NCBI GenBank assembly: GCA_032718475.1
Contig: JAUCBJ010006894.1
Span: forward strand, 1 to 50,946
Length of the DNA: 50,946 bases
Reading direction: 5' to 3'
Source: Nemertoderma westbladi
Taxonomy: Eukaryota > Animalia > Xenacoelomorpha
Part shown: positions 50,136 to 50,946 of the stretch, one piece after another
How positions within the stretch are numbered: position 1 is the stretch's first letter
Layout of the letters: each line of letters starts with the position of its first letter
Notes under the pieces: generated by a model
The model's input: only the letters and a program-made list of their open reading frames with translations
What the model was told of the DNA's origin: nothing
Database searches by the model: none
Position numbers and translations under genes: made by a program

Positions 50136-50946
50136 CCGAGCATGCTATAACCATCAGTTTCAGCTTCGTGTACCGAATCTGTGATACTACTACTGTACTA
50201 CTAGGTCGAGCGAACTCGGACAGTGGAAATGAGATCCTTCCAGGCTTCCCGATTCTCCATAGTTGTCACAATTTCGTTTCTCCCAAGTTCAGTATCCCTT
50301 TCAAGTTGATCTATATATGTTATGGTCGGTCATCCATGACTACGCTTTCCATGAGTTGGTTGCCAGAGAAGTAGATCTGGTTTGACCTCGTCTTTACTTC
50401 GCCAGCAGTGCCCACTGAATCTTAATCTGCGTTCACGTAGGGTGGTTGATACAGGTGGTATGAATGTTAAATTTAATGTTGCCTATATGCTAGATACTGC
50501 TTTCAGTTAATAAGTTTGTGAAGAATTTTAAGTAAATAGTATATAAGTTAATATTGTTTCTATAGGGTGATGTTTGGTTTTAAACGATTATTATTTTTTA
50601 CTAAAAAATAGCTGATTACAACAGTCTCACATTTACTGAAGAAATTTCATATTGTTGAATAAATATAACAGTACTTACTCAGTTTTAAGGCTTACATTTT
50701 AATTTTCACATTTTTTACTCAAAATAGATAGATAGATAGACAGTTTGTTGTCAAAGAATAGTTGAGGAATGTCTCGCAAAGTTTATTCATGGAATTTTTC
50801 AGTGAATCTAATTTCGCAATAAAAAAATGTCAAATTAATAATGCTAAAACCCAGCATCACTCTGTAGAACCAATATATTATAAAAAATGTAATATTGTTA
50901 CCAAACGACCATACAAGTAATGGTGGAAATAGCTACTTTCCAACGA

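Larger units (their letters stand above)
40466..50946. repeat. Tandem triplication: units 40466-44005, 44006-47545, 47546-window end (3540, 3540, ~3445 bp)
   Basis: Near-identical sequence at offsets of 3540 and, beyond the indel, 3445. Confidence 0.97.

Overview
AT-rich animal (probably invertebrate) genomic DNA made mostly of repeats. Two host genes are supported: a spliced secreted ShK-domain peptide gene (signal-peptide exon 2608-2677, ShKT exon 7687-7815) and an intronless SLC18B1-like MFS transporter (32583-33899). The main element is a young Bel/Pao-type LTR element (11503-17376; 515-bp LTRs identical by eye, CTGTA TSD). It has no pol but keeps an intact gag, a small upstream ORF and an unexplained CCHC zinc-knuckle ORF. 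It lacks a tRNA primer-binding site; the sequence in that position is instead complementary to the LTR's own probable transcript 5' end, suggesting Tf1-like self-priming. A complete type III hammerhead ribozyme (32094-32147) lies in a ~600-bp (TA)n-flanked insert, with a perfect 69-bp inverted repeat, that splits an RTE tail. Also present: two RTE-like LINE families, tRNA-derived SINEs, piggyBac-like and MULE-like non-autonomous elements, a 5.3-kb 63-bp satellite with higher-order structure, and a 3.5-kb triplication of decayed Gypsy pol. All alignments and counts were done by eye.
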